NCBI GenBank assembly: GCA_043819555.1
Contig: JBDREQ010000031.1
Span: forward strand, 1 to 64,000
Length of the DNA: 64,000 nucleotides
From: Candidatus Zixiibacteriota bacterium
GTDB taxonomy: Bacteria > Zixibacteria > MSB-5A5 > GN15 > JAAZOE01
Direction: 5' to 3'
A program made the translations under genes and the position numbers. Numbering within the stretch: the first letter of the stretch is position 1; each line of letters starts with the position of its first letter. This document shows, piece by piece, positions 38,862 through 48,907 of this stretch. A model generated the notes under the pieces. That model worked only from the letters and a program-made list of their open reading frames with translations, ran no database searches and had not been told where the DNA came from.

Positions 38862-39296
38862 CTACTCCAGATTCATGCCGGGCATTTTTACGAAGCAGTT
38901 TAATACAGTTTTATTCAGTGATTTAATACTGATATAGCCTACAGATTCGTAAAATAGTTTTTGCCTTTCATCGTCGTCCGTCAAGAGAACGTGCGAGCGG
39001 ACATGTTCGAATCTTTTTAGACAACGATTAAGAAGTTCTCGGCCAATCCCACGATGCTGAAATTCCGGATCAACAAGAATGTCTTGAAGGTAGTGGATAG
39101 CGCTATCGTCAGACAGTGACCGCCCCAGTCCGATAAGCTTATTATTGTCCGTACAAACTACAACAAAATTTGAGTTTATTATGGCCTTAATGAGATTTTC
39201 CGGGTCTTTTGTATATGTGGTCCAATTAACTGAGTTGTACAGTCTAAGGATTTCGTCTTTTGAGATATTCTCGATGTCCTCGGTATATGTTAGCAT
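38862..39296 (-). CDS. GNAT N-acetyltransferase
   Basis: LQDILVDPEFQHRGIG and FYESVGY motifs. Start placed at 39296 after GGAG. Confidence 0.9.
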   Translation of the reverse strand: MLTYTEDIENISKDEILRLYNSVNWTTYTKDPENLIKAIINSNFVVVCTDNNKLIGLGRSLSDDSAIHYLQDILVDPEFQHRGIGRELLNRCLKRFEHVRSHVLLTDDDERQKLFYESVGYISIKSLNKTVLNCFVKMPGMNLE

Positions 39297-39317
39297 AATT
39301 TTCTCCAGTGTTGAAAC

Positions 39318-39375
39318 AAAACACACCCGCCCCTTCGGGGCACCGGTCCTAGATAGGCAAGGGCCTAGTGGGGGA
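39318..39375 (+). repeat. Palindromic extragenic repeat (CACCCGCCCTTCGGGGCACC type)
   Basis: GCCC-TTCG-GGGC hairpin; shares sequence with 142-159. Confidence 0.55.
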
Positions 39376-39435
39376 ACAAGCTGGTTGCTTTACAGAGGAA
39401 CTCGGTCGGGTGGCCTGCAGCAGAGTACATATAAT

Positions 39436-41934
39436 CTAATTCTGTGACTCTTTGACCAGATCCGAGTAGCGGGTGATAATTTTTTCGACGCTTTTTTCCG
39501 ATTCGGCTTCGGCAATAATTCTAAACGCCGCCCTCATTCTGTCCGGTACAACCAAAACCGAGCCGCCATTTTCCATTACCCGGACGCCGTCAATAAGCTG
39601 TCTCTCTTTACCCTTGGTGATTGTAATTAACTGGCGCATAACCTGGCCTTTTTTACTCCACGGGCACGGTATCGAAACGGTTTTGCGGACATACGATGTA
39701 AATTGATGGCGCAGCTCTTCGATAGTCGTATTGGCGCTGGCAAGCATCTCGAGCAGAGTGATAATTGCAAACATTGCGTCGGCCCCGACCTGGAAACGCG
39801 GGAATATAAATCCGCCCAGGGTTCCGCCGACAAAATCGGCCCCGCCCCGGATGTGAGCGTTCATCATCGCCAGATGATCGTTTCTGACACGGGTCACTTC
39901 AACGCCGTATTCACGAGCCAGTTCCTCGACGCCCATCGACGCCGCTACCGGTACCGCAATGCGTCGCGATTTATTACTGCGCAGATATAAATCGGTCATA
40001 ATCAAAAGAAGCAATTGCGCTCCGACTTCATTTCCATCGCCGTCGATGACTATCATCTTTTCGCCGGAAGGATTTATCATGATTCCCAAATCGGCTGCCA
40101 ATGATGTTACGATTGTTGATAGCTGTTTGATTTTATCCCGCAAATCATGCGAATGGTCCGAGGCGCGCAGAGGGTTGGGGTAGGCGTTTAGGCTGAGAGC
40201 GTCTATTCCGAGAGATGAGGTGATAGCCGGAAAACATTGGCCAGCCGAACCGTATGAATAATCGATAATGATCTTGAAATCACGGTGGCGCACTGTTTCC
40301 TCGTCAATCATCCGCAAAAACGTCTCCTGATAATTCTTGAACAATCCCTCCTGTTCTTCAAGATGACCGGTATCGGCCAGCGATGCCCTGGGGAAATCCT
40401 CATTGGTAAATGAGCGTTCCACTTTTTTGGTTTTTGAAGTTGGCAGATCGAGCCCGGAATCATCGAGGAAAATTATATCGACCACATTATAGTTGTCGGG
40501 ATTGTGACGCAGATAAATCCCCGCTCCATAATTGCCGTTTTTCAGCGTATGGCGCAGTACCGGCAACGGCAGGATATCAAGATCATCCGCATCCACGCCG
40601 GTCGCCATGAGGCCGCATAATATGGATCGCTTCAATAATCGGGTCGCGTCCGAAGCGTCGCGGCTGGCGACAATGCGCTGCTTTTTGCCCAGGGACGCGC
40701 CAAAGGCCGCACCCAATTTTACCGCCATCTCGGGAGTAATTTCGGTCAGTCCCAGACCCGAAACTTTGGAATCGGTGAATAATTCACGATTCCATTTTTC
40801 ACCCCAGACAATCGAAGAAGAGACAATAGCACCGTCATCAATAATTTTGCCCGGCCATATTTTGCAATTGGCTCTGATTGTCGCCTCAGCCCCGACCTGG
40901 CATTCATCCGAAACGACTGCCCGGTCGAGAATCGACGCCCCGCGCCCGATCTGTACCTGTTTGGTAATAATGGCGCTTGAAATCGATACTAAGGGCCCGA
41001 TCACGGTTTGCGACCAAATAGTCGTGCCGGAGATTTTTGCCTTTTCGCCGATTGTTGTATTTGAGCCAATTATGGAATTGCCGATATGGGCGCCTTCATC
41101 AATCCTGCAATTATCTCCTATAAATACAGTTCCGGAGAAATTAACAGAATTGGCGATATCAACATTTTCACCCAGAAAGACCCGGCCTCCGTTTTTCTCA
41201 ATCGCTTTGCCTGGACTCGAAATGGCGACATTCCCCTCGAGAATATCATGCTGGGCGTAAGTGTATTCATCAATATCTCCCACATCCCGCCAGTAACCCT
41301 GGGATATTTTCCCCAGTAGATTCATGTTCTTCTGGAGCATGACCGGGAAAAGATTTTGCGAAAAGTCAAAATTGGTCCGTGGCGGAATTAATTGTACCGT
41401 TTCCGGCTCAAGAATATAAATCCCGGTATTGATTGTATCGGAAAACATCTCGCCCCATGATGGTTTTTCCAAAAAGCGGGTAATATGGTTGCTCTCGTCG
41501 GTAATAACAATACCATAGGCCAGCGGGTTTTCGAGCCGCGTCAATAGAATACTGGCATCGCCTTTATTATCCTTATGAAATTGAAAAGCCGCACTTAGAT
41601 CAAAATCGGTCAGCACATCGCCCGAAATAATGAGTGTTGTCTCGTCGCAAAAATCAGCGGCATAGCGAACCGCTCCGGCGGTGCCATAATCCTGATTGGG
41701 CAACATATAATCCATTTTGACGCCAAACTTGCTGCCGTCCTGGAAATGATTCCGGATAACTTCGGATTGGAAAAATATCAATGACATGATTTCGTCAAAT
41801 CCATGCTTTTTGAGCAAATTGACGACATGTTCCATCATAGGCCGATTTCCAATCGGTACCATCGGCTTGGGGATATTGATGGTAAGCGGCCTTAACCGGG
41901 TCCCAAATCCTCCGGCCATAATAATCGCTTTCAC
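39436..41934 (-). CDS. Mannose-1-phosphate guanylyltransferase / phosphomannomutase-like fusion
   Basis: AGGFGTRLRPLT..PKP and FLEKP motifs, hexapeptide repeats and C-terminal PGM/PMM domains. Confidence 0.9.
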   Translation of the reverse strand: MKAIIMAGGFGTRLRPLTINIPKPMVPIGNRPMMEHVVNLLKKHGFDEIMSLIFFQSEVIRNHFQDGSKFGVKMDYMLPNQDYGTAGAVRYAADFCDETTLIISGDVLTDFDLSAAFQFHKDNKGDASILLTRLENPLAYGIVITDESNHITRFLEKPSWGEMFSDTINTGIYILEPETVQLIPPRTNFDFSQNLFPVMLQKNMNLLGKISQGYWRDVGDIDEYTYAQHDILEGNVAISSPGKAIEKNGGRVFLGENVDIANSVNFSGTVFIGDNCRIDEGAHIGNSIIGSNTTIGEKAKISGTTIWSQTVIGPLVSISSAIITKQVQIGRGASILDRAVVSDECQVGAEATIRANCKIWPGKIIDDGAIVSSSIVWGEKWNRELFTDSKVSGLGLTEITPEMAVKLGAAFGASLGKKQRIVASRDASDATRLLKRSILCGLMATGVDADDLDILPLPVLRHTLKNGNYGAGIYLRHNPDNYNVVDIIFLDDSGLDLPTSKTKKVERSFTNEDFPRASLADTGHLEEQEGLFKNYQETFLRMIDEETVRHRDFKIIIDYSYGSAGQCFPAITSSLGIDALSLNAYPNPLRASDHSHDLRDKIKQLSTIVTSLAADLGIMINPSGEKMIVIDGDGNEVGAQLLLLIMTDLYLRSNKSRRIAVPVAASMGVEELAREYGVEVTRVRNDHLAMMNAHIRGGADFVGGTLGGFIFPRFQVGADAMFAIITLLEMLASANTTIEELRHQFTSYVRKTVSIPCPWSKKGQVMRQLITITKGKERQLIDGVRVMENGGSVLVVPDRMRAAFRIIAEAESEKSVEKIITRYSDLVKESQN

Positions 41935-41964
41935 GATTTATGCTCCCTGTATGTATTTGTTTAA

Positions 41965-42630
41965 TTAGCGGCCGATTATTCCGGCCAACATTTCACTTAT
42001 AGCAGAATAATCATTAAATGGCAAGAATTCAATTTTGTGTTCGCGGCAATATTCGGCCAGATAATCTTTGGCAAAAATAATATCGGCTTCGCCAAGCGCG
42101 CAAACATCAGACTTGCCGTCGCCAATATATACGGCCCGACCATCCGGCTGACGAAGATTTCTGATATGATATCCTTTGCAATTGGCGCATCCGCCGCAGC
42201 TATTATCGTAATATGGGAATTTTAATTCAAAGCGTCCCTCTACCAGTTGGACGGAATTAGCGAACACTCTCAACCCGTTTAGATTATATTTTATAAGCAG
42301 GCGATAAATGTAAATATCAAGACCATCTGAGAGAATGTACAGGGATATATTCTTGCGGCCCAAGTACTCGACAAAATCAAAAAATGATGGGTCGATTTCA
42401 AAACTATCTACGAATTCAAATAATTCAGTTTTAGTAACGTTCCGCATTGCGGCGGCTTCCTGAAGCAAACACTCTCGCGAATCTATTTCGTTAAGCCTCC
42501 AGCGGTGGACAGCTTCTTCCGATTTGCCCTCGGAAAAATGATGAAAGAGGCGATTGCCTACGTCACTAGTCGATATCGTTCCGTCAAAATCGGAAAATAC
42601 CATTATTTTTTTGTCCCCGGCGATATTCAT
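41965..42630 (-). CDS. MtnX-like HAD-IB phosphatase
   Basis: DFDGT, LSDG, CK, IGDGKSD and FAKD motifs. Confidence 0.85.
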   Translation of the reverse strand: MNIAGDKKIMVFSDFDGTISTSDVGNRLFHHFSEGKSEEAVHRWRLNEIDSRECLLQEAAAMRNVTKTELFEFVDSFEIDPSFFDFVEYLGRKNISLYILSDGLDIYIYRLLIKYNLNGLRVFANSVQLVEGRFELKFPYYDNSCGGCANCKGYHIRNLRQPDGRAVYIGDGKSDVCALGEADIIFAKDYLAEYCREHKIEFLPFNDYSAISEMLAGIIGR

Positions 42631-42671
42631 TCTGAGTTTCTCGATGGAAAGCGAAATTAAATGACCTCAAA

Positions 42672-42701
42672 CATCAAAGGCGGCTAAAGCCGCCTTTGAT
42701 G
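42672..42701. terminator. Hairpin/terminator
   Basis: CATCAAAGGCGGCT-AA-AGCCGCCTTTGATG. Confidence 0.7.
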
Positions 42702-42729
42702 ATAAAAAATATTCGCTTCATAATTCCGA

Positions 42730-43353
42730 TTATTCCGTGGGTTTTTCGGTTCTGACGATTGTCTTGATAACAACATCTTCAACCGGAACATCGCGCATTC
42801 CTTTTTTGGCTCCGGTCTTGACCATTTTGATTTTATCAACCACATCCATCCCCTCAACTACCTGACCAAACACTGCATAACAGGCCTTATCGAGACCAAA
42901 ATTATCTACAACATTGATATAAAAATGGGTTGTCGCTGAATTGAGATCGTTGGTTCTACCCAATGCAATCGTGCCACGCGCGTTTTTCAATCCGTTTTTA
43001 CATTCATTCTCAATTGGCTTGCCCGCCGGTTTTTGCACCAGATCCGAAGTAAATCCGCCGGCCTGAATCATGAAGTTCGGAATTATTCGATGAAAAATCG
43101 TGTTATCGTAAAAGTTCTTATCTACGTAGCCCAGGATATTTGCGACCGAAAGAGGAGCCTTTTCCCGATTTAATTCCACGACAATATTGCCCATACTCGT
43201 CTCGATCCGAATATATTCTAATGGATTTTCCTTTGTCACCGGCGCCTCCTTCTTGTCTCCCGTGGCACTGCCCTCCTGAGCGAAGACAGGCATGGTTAGT
43301 ACCACCAAAATGATGCATAATCCCAAAATCTTGATTGAAACATTTGAAAACAT
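42730..43353 (-). CDS. ppiA: Periplasmic cyclophilin peptidyl-prolyl isomerase
   Basis: FHRIIPNFMIQAGG and YAVFGQVVEGMDVVDKI motifs; signal peptide. Confidence 0.92.
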   Translation of the reverse strand: MFSNVSIKILGLCIILVVLTMPVFAQEGSATGDKKEAPVTKENPLEYIRIETSMGNIVVELNREKAPLSVANILGYVDKNFYDNTIFHRIIPNFMIQAGGFTSDLVQKPAGKPIENECKNGLKNARGTIALGRTNDLNSATTHFYINVVDNFGLDKACYAVFGQVVEGMDVVDKIKMVKTGAKKGMRDVPVEDVVIKTIVRTEKPTE

Positions 43354-43436
43354 AAATTACCCTTTCTATTTTGGCGTTTACAATTACGCTAAAGTAATAA
43401 ATCTTCATTCAGAAACAAGGCCAAAATCGGCGCGGT

Positions 43437-45020
43437 TCAAATTTCTGCCTGGATATTTTCCGATAGTATGGCTTCATATTTTTCTATATCGAGCAGTAAT
43501 TCCGAGGCCAGTCTTATATCAAGCCTTCCGGGAACGATAACGTAACGATAGGTTTCGTCCGGGCCGGTTTTCCATTCTGTTACGACACGGCGCAAATGAA
43601 ATTCAACAAAATCGTCATACCGACTAAATGAATTCCGATCTGTGTTTACCGATAATTGCCTGAGTTTTCCAAACTTTTTTTCAATTGGTGATGCGGTTGA
43701 TTCCAGAGATAGATAGCTCAATATGGTTTCGATACCGGCAGTCGTTGCGGATACATATTGAGAGTCATAAGTGACGGCAAAATTCTCAAGCATAGGAATT
43801 ATTGTATCAGGGTATCTGAAATGCGACGGATACTGAGATAATTTCGACCAGTTTTCCAATATGAAATCATAAAGGAAAAACGTGGATGTAATATATTCAT
43901 TGAACTTTCTTTCAACTTCCTGCCTTAACGCGATATCAGGCGCTAATCCCGTAAACGATAATTCCGAATCAGGGGGATTGAGAAAGCGGCCGTCCGCGAA
44001 ATAATAACGGGAGATAGTCATTTTCAGGGCATCGCCATTTTGTAAATTAAAATGAGCCTGGACCAATCCCTTCCCATAAGTAGTATCTCCGATAATAACG
44101 CCTCGGCCCGCGCCACGAATCGCGCCGGTAAATATTTCCGCTGATGAGGCTGTATTGATGTCGGTTAATAAAACCAGGGGTTTATCGGTAAGCTTTTTCC
44201 GGACGGAATGATAGGAATTTCGGGCCCATCTTGAACGACCGTCGGTACCCACAATAAGTTGATTGGCATCGAGAAATATATCGGCGGCGGAAACCGCCTC
44301 TTCCAGAAATCCGCCAGGATTACCGGTTACGTCTAAAATATACCCAATGACATCTTCACCTTCGAGTTCAGTCACACATTTTTCAATCTCGGTCGAAGTC
44401 CCGGCCTCAAAATCAGAAATCTTCAAATATCCAATCCTATCTTTTGTGATACCATAATAGGGGATGTGCTTTAGTTTAACTATCTCGCGAGTTATTTCAA
44501 AATCCTCCTCTTCGCCCGATCGCAGCTTCAATACCGTGAGGTTTAGCTTTGTTCCGACCGCCCCTCGCATCAAATTGCCCGCTTCCTGAGGGCTCATATT
44601 AAAGAACCTTTGATTATTAATCGCGCTTATTCTGTCCCCTCGTTTTATTCCGGCGCGTTCGGCGGGACCATCCTCAATAATGGACATTACCAAAATAAAA
44701 GAATCTTTGGGGGCGGCAATCATACCAATCCCCCCGTATTTACCGGAAGATTCTTCAATCAGGAGTTTGTATTGGGCCGACCCGATCCGATTTGTAAAGG
44801 GATCCAGCATTTCCAGCATTGCGTCCTGGGCGGCCGTTAATGCCTGTCCTCGCGAATAAGGCAGCGGATATTGGGAAGCGATCATTGAAGCGGTTAGGCT
44901 AAACGTTATCGTTTCTTTCAAGAGCGGGTCTCGCAAAAGGTACATTCCCCCCATGAACAATATTATGAATATCATGAGGGATGATACTAATCCGACGATG
45001 ATTTCTCGTTTATCAGGCAT
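43437..45020 (-). CDS. S41 carboxy-terminal processing protease with PDZ domain
   Basis: GGIG, NPGG, TASSAE and TYGKGLVQ motifs. Confidence 0.9.
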   Translation of the reverse strand: MPDKREIIVGLVSSLMIFIILFMGGMYLLRDPLLKETITFSLTASMIASQYPLPYSRGQALTAAQDAMLEMLDPFTNRIGSAQYKLLIEESSGKYGGIGMIAAPKDSFILVMSIIEDGPAERAGIKRGDRISAINNQRFFNMSPQEAGNLMRGAVGTKLNLTVLKLRSGEEEDFEITREIVKLKHIPYYGITKDRIGYLKISDFEAGTSTEIEKCVTELEGEDVIGYILDVTGNPGGFLEEAVSAADIFLDANQLIVGTDGRSRWARNSYHSVRKKLTDKPLVLLTDINTASSAEIFTGAIRGAGRGVIIGDTTYGKGLVQAHFNLQNGDALKMTISRYYFADGRFLNPPDSELSFTGLAPDIALRQEVERKFNEYITSTFFLYDFILENWSKLSQYPSHFRYPDTIIPMLENFAVTYDSQYVSATTAGIETILSYLSLESTASPIEKKFGKLRQLSVNTDRNSFSRYDDFVEFHLRRVVTEWKTGPDETYRYVIVPGRLDIRLASELLLDIEKYEAILSENIQAEI

Positions 45021-45642
45021 GTTTACGAGCGCCTATTTTTGTCAATACCCGCAATTGAATTTGCGCAAAGATAGTTACGATATCATCGCGACCGTCAATC
45101 AGGATAACTCGTTTCTTTTTGGATATATCACGAAATCCTTTGCGAACGCGATTGAAAAACGCCTTTTTTTCTTTCTCCAATCGATCCGGTTTTCCGTTCC
45201 TGCGCTTTAAAGAAGTTTCATAATCAACATCGAGGATAAAAGTCATATCCGGATCACGCTCAAAGCTGGCCGATTTATTTAGCTTCTCAATCAGATTAAG
45301 ATCCAGTTGTCTGCCATAACCCTGATAAGCCGTAGTCGAGTCAAAAAAGCGGTCGCAGATGACGATCTGCTTTTTATTCAGGGCGGGAATAATTTTCCTT
45401 TCGGTTAAATTGGCACGGGCAGCCTGATATAAAAACAATTCACTCAGAGCGCTTATTTCGATCCGGTGATCAAGCAGCACTTTCCTGATTTTTTCCGATA
45501 CCGGAGTGCCGCCCGGTTCACGGATAAAAATTACGGGGAGCCCCGCCTTTTTAAGCGTTTGAAATAATTTTCTGGCCTGGGTGGATTTGCCGCACCCGTC
45601 AATCCCCTCAAATGTAATAAAGAGTCCCTTGCGTTTTATCAT
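45013..45642 (-). CDS. tmk: Thymidylate kinase
   Basis: EGIDGCGKSTQ, REPGG and DRFFDSTTAYQG motifs. Confidence 0.97.
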   Translation of the reverse strand: MIKRKGLFITFEGIDGCGKSTQARKLFQTLKKAGLPVIFIREPGGTPVSEKIRKVLLDHRIEISALSELFLYQAARANLTERKIIPALNKKQIVICDRFFDSTTAYQGYGRQLDLNLIEKLNKSASFERDPDMTFILDVDYETSLKRRNGKPDRLEKEKKAFFNRVRKGFRDISKKKRVILIDGRDDIVTIFAQIQLRVLTKIGARKHA

Positions 45643-45657
45643 AATTTCTAAATATCC

Positions 45658-45689
45658 AAAAAAAAGGCGGCTGTAAATCAGCCGCCTTT
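45658..45689 (-). terminator. ino1 terminator
   Basis: AAAGGCGGCTG...CAGCCGCCTTT with an A-run. Confidence 0.85.
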
Positions 45690-45704
45690 AAGATAAGAAA
45701 TAAA

Positions 45705-46898
45705 TCAGGCCATCGCCTTAACTTTTTTTCGACCGTTTGGCGCTTTCTTCTTAGCCGTTTTCCTGGTAGTTTCGCCCTTTAACGTAATCTTACGAGATGA
45801 TTTTCCGTCTGATGATTTCTGGCCGTACTTGCGGATAAATTCTTCCACCATATCGCGCGCTTCATCATCAGTATATTGCACCGGTGGCGATTTCTTGAAA
45901 TACGCCGACGGCCCAAGAAGGGCGCCCTTAAGACCGTTATCAAGGCCCAGTTTGCAACAACGTACGGCGTCAATAACGACTCCGGCCGAGTTGGGGCTGT
46001 CCCAGACTTCCATTTTAAATTCGATATTAAGAGGGACATTGCCAAAAGTCGTGCCTTCCATGCGAATGTATGCCCATTTTCTATCATCCAGCCATTCAAC
46101 ATAATCGGATGGGCCGATATGAATATTCTTTTTGCCTATATCATAATTAAGTTGACTGGTCACCGCGTTAGTCTTGGAAATTTTCTTGGATTCCAATCGC
46201 TCGCGCTCGAGCATATTCAAAAAATCGGTATTGCCGCCGACATTGAGCTGGCTGGTTCGTTCCAGTTTGACGCCGCGATCCTGAAAAAGACGAGTCAGAA
46301 TGCGGTGAGTAATCGTCGCTCCAACCTGTGATTTGATATCATCGCCAATAACCGGCAAACCCTTTTCCTCAAAACGCTTCTGCCAGTACTGTTCCCTGGC
46401 GATAAAGACCGGGATACAATTTACGAACCCGCATCCGGCTTCAAGGATTTGCTCGACATACCATTTGGTAGCATGTTCGGAGCCGACCGGTAAATAGCTG
46501 ACAACCACATCAGTTTTCGTGTCCTTTAATAATTTGACAATGTCCACTGTGTCGCCGGGCGCTTTTTGTATAATCTGGCTGAGATATTTCCCCAGGCCGT
46601 CGTGGGTCATCCCGCGTTGAACTTTGATGCCCATTTTGGGGACATCACAGAATTTATAGGTATTATTCGGTTTGGTATAAATCGCTTCCGATAAATCCTT
46701 GCCGACTTTGTTGGCGTCAATATCAATCGCGGCCGAAAACTCGACGTCCGAAATATGATAACCGCCCAGGTTGACATGCATCAAACCCGGGACAAAATCG
46801 TCAGCCTTGGCCTTTTGATAGAAATGCACTCCCTGCACAAATGATGAAGCGCAATTACCGACTCCAATAATAGCGACACGCACTTTCTTGCTGCCCAT
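45705..46898 (-). CDS. ino1: myo-inositol-1-phosphate synthase
   Basis: [34 protein letters not shown] and WDSPNSAG motifs. Confidence 0.95.
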   Translation of the reverse strand: MGSKKVRVAIIGVGNCASSFVQGVHFYQKAKADDFVPGLMHVNLGGYHISDVEFSAAIDIDANKVGKDLSEAIYTKPNNTYKFCDVPKMGIKVQRGMTHDGLGKYLSQIIQKAPGDTVDIVKLLKDTKTDVVVSYLPVGSEHATKWYVEQILEAGCGFVNCIPVFIAREQYWQKRFEEKGLPVIGDDIKSQVGATITHRILTRLFQDRGVKLERTSQLNVGGNTDFLNMLERERLESKKISKTNAVTSQLNYDIGKKNIHIGPSDYVEWLDDRKWAYIRMEGTTFGNVPLNIEFKMEVWDSPNSAGVVIDAVRCCKLGLDNGLKGALLGPSAYFKKSPPVQYTDDEARDMVEEFIRKYGQKSSDGKSSRKITLKGETTRKTAKKKAPNGRKKVKAMA

Positions 46899-47006
46899 AA
46901 AAAGACTCCTTTATCTTTCAAAACTATTCGCTAATCCCTCAATATTGCCTCGAGAATATACGCACATAAACATAACAGCGCAAATATTTTATGCATAAAT
47001 ATTTAA

Positions 47007-47016
47007 TGTATATACA
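47007..47016. promoter_or_regulatory. Palindromic operator copy 1 (TGTATATACA)
   Basis: Perfect 10-bp palindrome, repeated at 47186. Confidence 0.55.
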
Positions 47017-47172
47017 ACTATTATGTTACATATTTGGCTTTTCCAAAATAAACCCGAAAGGATTACCCCTTCAGTTTGCCAGGGCATTCATCAACATAAT
47101 CCCTTATATAATTATAAGTTATAAGAATTTATGTTAGGATTTCTTATAAAACGATATCGAGGAACATTTTAT

Positions 47173-47203
47173 TTGACAATATCATTGTATATACATATAT
47201 ATT
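47173..47203 (+). promoter_or_regulatory. marR promoter containing operator copy 2 (47186-47195)
   Basis: TTGACA, TGTATATACA in the spacer, and an AT-rich -10 just before the ATG at 47209. Confidence 0.6.
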
Positions 47204-47208
47204 AGAAC

Positions 47209-47646
47209 ATGGCACAGGATATGGATAACAAACTTATTGAAGGACTGAATAAACTCTGGTCAGTCAAGCAAACCGCCCTCAGAAAATTACTCGCGTATGC
47301 TGATAAAGAACATTATACCGGCGTTAATACTCCCGAGCAATTCGCCATCCTAACCCGCCTGGCTTCGATTGGTTATGGCGTCGCGATTATAGAAATAACC
47401 CGGGAGTCGATGCTTCCCCATGCCAACATTACTCGAACTATTGATTTGATGGCCGCCAGAGGGTTGATTCACAAGACCATGGACAAAACCGATAAACGCC
47501 GGATGATAATCAAACTGACTCTTGAGGGCAAAAAGGCGGCCCGCCATATTGAAGAAATAAATCGAAGGCTCAATGATGCTCTCTGGGGAAATCTCAGCGA
47601 AGACGAGCGGGCGATGCTGTCGCTCCTGATGTCAAAAATTTGCTGA
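47209..47646 (+). CDS. MarR-family regulator
   Basis: TPEQFAIL, ITRTIDLM..RGLI and DKRR..IKLT.EG motifs. Confidence 0.9.
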   Translation: MAQDMDNKLIEGLNKLWSVKQTALRKLLAYADKEHYTGVNTPEQFAILTRLASIGYGVAIIEITRESMLPHANITRTIDLMAARGLIHKTMDKTDKRRMIIKLTLEGKKAARHIEEINRRLNDALWGNLSEDERAMLSLLMSKIC

Positions 47647-47669
47647 ATGATAAATTTATTTTTTTCAGC

Positions 47670-47858
47670 TTACATCATCCGGCTTTGGCCGATTCCCAAA
47701 ACTTTCAGGCAATGGGGGCAGAAATAAATAATATTTTTGCCTTCAATCCAGGGGATACCTTTTGATTTGCTGAATAGCTGATTTATTTCCTTTTCACAGA
47801 ATGGACATTTGGGCAAAAGATCTCCCCGCTCGGTAATGGTCATTTTTATTTCCGGCAT
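47670..47858 (-). CDS. Small zinc-ribbon protein
   Basis: CPFC...CPHC; GAGG SD before ATG 47858. Confidence 0.7.
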   Translation of the reverse strand: MPEIKMTITERGDLLPKCPFCEKEINQLFSKSKGIPWIEGKNIIYFCPHCLKVLGIGQSRMM

Positions 47859-48028
47859 GGCGTACCTCATTCATAAATGGTCCTGTTTCTAATATACAAT
47901 ACTACAATCGGGGGAAAATATTCATTTAATCCGGAAATTTCTGGATAATAGAATAAGGTTTTTGGAAACAAAATTCACCAATTGACGTATATTAGTTGTA
48001 AGTGATACTAATATATAATGGAGAAGGT

Positions 48029-48904
48029 ATGCAGAATATTAACCTAAAACCGCTGATTGGCTTGGGATTCAACAACTTGGAAGCCCAAATATACACCTAT
48101 TTATTGCAAAATTCACCTGCGACAGGCTATCGAATCGCCAAAGGATTAGCCAAGCCGGCCTCAAACATTTATAAGGCAATTGAAACTCTTCATAAAAAAG
48201 GTGCCATTATAATTGACGATGATACGACTCGGCTTTGCCGCGCGATTCCGGTCGATGAATTAATTGATTCGCTTCAGAGAAAATTTGACAATCTCAAAAA
48301 TCAGGCGAAAGCGGAATTAAACAGGCTGAAGATTTCTCAGAGCGATAATCGGATTTATCAATTGCAGTCAACAGATCAGGTTATTTCACGTTTTCAAAAA
48401 ATGCTATCTGAGTGCCAGAGAGTAGCAATAATGGATTTATTCCCGTTTGCGGTTGAGATTCTTCATAAGGACATTATTGCGGCGATTGAAAGAGGTGTTC
48501 GAGTCATTATGAAACTGTACCGGCCCCGTGAAATCCCGGGAGCTACAATTTTCCTGCAATGCGATGGCGAATCGGTCATTGAGAGGTGGCCGGGACAATG
48601 GGCCAATGGGATTATTGACGGCGAGGAATACTTGTTATCCTTTTTGACAAAAGACGCGAAGGACGTTCATCAAGCGGTCTGGAGTAACAACTACTGTTTA
48701 TCGTGGATATATTATGATGGGTTGGCCAATGAATTTCTTGTGACGGCTCTTCGGAATGGGTTTGAAAACAATCAATCGGTCGATGAATTGAAGAATAAAT
48801 TCAATAAATATGAATCAATGCTAAAACTGGACGCCACAGGATTCAAGGGGGCAACCTCTTTCTTTTTGGCCCTTTCCGGTGAAACTGAGAAAGAGAAGGA
48901 GTAA
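48029..48904 (+). CDS. TrmB-family transcriptional regulator
   Basis: LGFNNLEAQIYTYLL..PATGYRIAK...IYKAIETL and a C-terminal effector domain. Confidence 0.85.
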   Translation: MQNINLKPLIGLGFNNLEAQIYTYLLQNSPATGYRIAKGLAKPASNIYKAIETLHKKGAIIIDDDTTRLCRAIPVDELIDSLQRKFDNLKNQAKAELNRLKISQSDNRIYQLQSTDQVISRFQKMLSECQRVAIMDLFPFAVEILHKDIIAAIERGVRVIMKLYRPREIPGATIFLQCDGESVIERWPGQWANGIIDGEEYLLSFLTKDAKDVHQAVWSNNYCLSWIYYDGLANEFLVTALRNGFENNQSVDELKNKFNKYESMLKLDATGFKGATSFFLALSGETEKEKE

Positions 48905-48907
48905 TTT

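Noticed and set aside
38040..39400. Integron cassette array
   Set aside because: No integrase, no GTTRRRY/RYYYAAC-bounded attC sites, and the genes are not co-oriented.
39436..40800. PMM domain lacking the catalytic SHN serine (YLRHNP)
   Set aside because: Degenerate PMM domains are usual in this GMPP-PMM fusion family, so this is not specific to the window.
40532..41260. 242-aa antisense ORF
   Set aside because: Shadow ORF opposite the hexapeptide region of the GMPP-PMM gene.
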